DNA from: Tubulanus polymorphus
Lineage: Eukaryota; Animalia; Nemertea
Length of the DNA stretch: 64,000 nucleotides
Direction: 5' to 3'
Assembly: GCF_964204645.1 (NCBI RefSeq)
Contig: NC_134026.1
Span: forward strand, 18,510,150 to 18,574,149
Shown: positions 62,975 to 64,000 of the stretch, in pieces
How positions within the stretch are numbered: position 1 is the first letter of the stretch
How the letters are laid out: each line of letters begins with the position of its first letter
The notes under the pieces: generated by a model
The model's database searches: none
Seen by the model: only the letters and a program-made list of their open reading frames with translations
What the model was told of the DNA's origin: nothing
Position numbers and translations under genes: made by a program

Positions 62975-64000
62975 TGACTTCATTATTTTGGTTTTGTCAC
63001 ACCGACAATTCAATATTTTGGTTTTATCGCCAGCGACAATTCATTATTTTGGTTTTATCGCTTGCGACAATTCATTAGTTTGGTTTTGTCGCCCGCGATT
63101 ATTCAATGTTTTTGTTTTGTTGCCCGCGACAATTCAATATTTTGGTTTTATCGCACATGACAATTCATTACATTGGTTTTATCGCCAGCGGCAATTCATT
63201 ATTTTGGTTTTGTCGCCCGCGACAATTCTTCTTTTTGGTTTTGTTGCCTGCTACAATTCATTATTTTGGTTTTATATTTTGTTTTTGTCGCCAGCCTCAA
63301 TATTTTTGTTTTATCGCCCGCGACAATTCATTATTTTGGTTTTATCGCCCGCGACAATTCAATATTTTGGTTTTATCGCCCGCGATTATTCATTATTTTG
63401 GTTTTGTCACCCGCAACAATTCATTAGTTTGGTTTGGTCGCCCGCGACAATTCAATATTTTGGTTTTATCGCCCACGACAATTCATTACTTTGGTTTTAT
63501 CTCCAGCAACAATTCATTATTTTTGTTTTGTCGCCCGTGACAATTCTTCTTTTTGGTTTTGTCGCCCGCGACAATTCATTTCTTTGGTTTTATATTTTGT
63601 TTTTGTCGCCCGTGACAAATTTTTCTTTTGGTTTTGTCGCCGGAGACAATTCAATATTTTGGTTTTATCGCCCGCGATAATTCATTATTTTGGTTTCATC
63701 GCCCGCGACAATTCATTATTTTGGTTTTGTCGCCCGAGACAATTCATTATTTTGGTTTTATCGCCGGCGACAATTCATTATTTTGGTTTTATCGCTTGCG
63801 ACAATTCATTAGTTTGGTTTTATCGCTCGCGACAATTCATTATTTTGGTTTTGTCGTCTACGACAATTCATTATTTTGGTTTTATCGCCCGCGACGATTC
63901 AATATTTTGGTTTTATCGCCCGCGATAATTCATTATTTTGGTTTTATCGCCCGCGACAATTCATTATTTGGTTTTGTCGCCCGAGACAATTCATTATTTT
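62975..64000 (+). repeat. 31-bp tandem satellite (gcccgcgacaattcattattttggtttt[a/g]tc)n running off the right edge
   Basis: Directly visible; diverged units at the left edge; inverted partial unit at about 62917-62934. Confidence 0.97.

Noticed and set aside
62946-63928. ORFs of 84-244 aa in the terminal array
   Set aside because: Translations of a 31-bp satellite cycling through all three frames.

Overview
AT-rich animal (invertebrate-like) genomic DNA with spliceosomal introns. The first 23 kb hold two intact head-to-head genes with start codons about 390 bp apart. One is an ANKRD13C-like gene (minus strand, 7 exons visible, continuing off the left edge) and the other is LHPP (plus strand, 7 exons, complete). 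Their introns are full of MITEs. The rest is a nested cluster of mostly decayed transposons: LINEs, Penelope elements with hammerhead ribozymes, Bel/Pao, Gypsy, DIRS, piggyBac, hAT and a Helitron-like fragment, plus an ApeC-domain pseudogene and two satellites. The most notable feature is at 28342-35190. Mentally reversing a 3.9-kb inversion (about 31262-35190) restores one element of about 6.5 kb. It has AG...CT ends, a 6-bp target-site duplication (gacgat) and TIRs of at least 690 bp. The outer 343 bp of each TIR folds into a hairpin, and six of its mismatches become G-T wobble pairs only on the strand whose 3' end is at the terminus. Inside are an array of about 150 copies of a 24-bp repeat and three short intronless virus-like ORFs. 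It looks like a non-autonomous Polinton/Maverick-type element with parvovirus-like self-priming ends. All assignments are from reading the sequence by eye; no searches were run.
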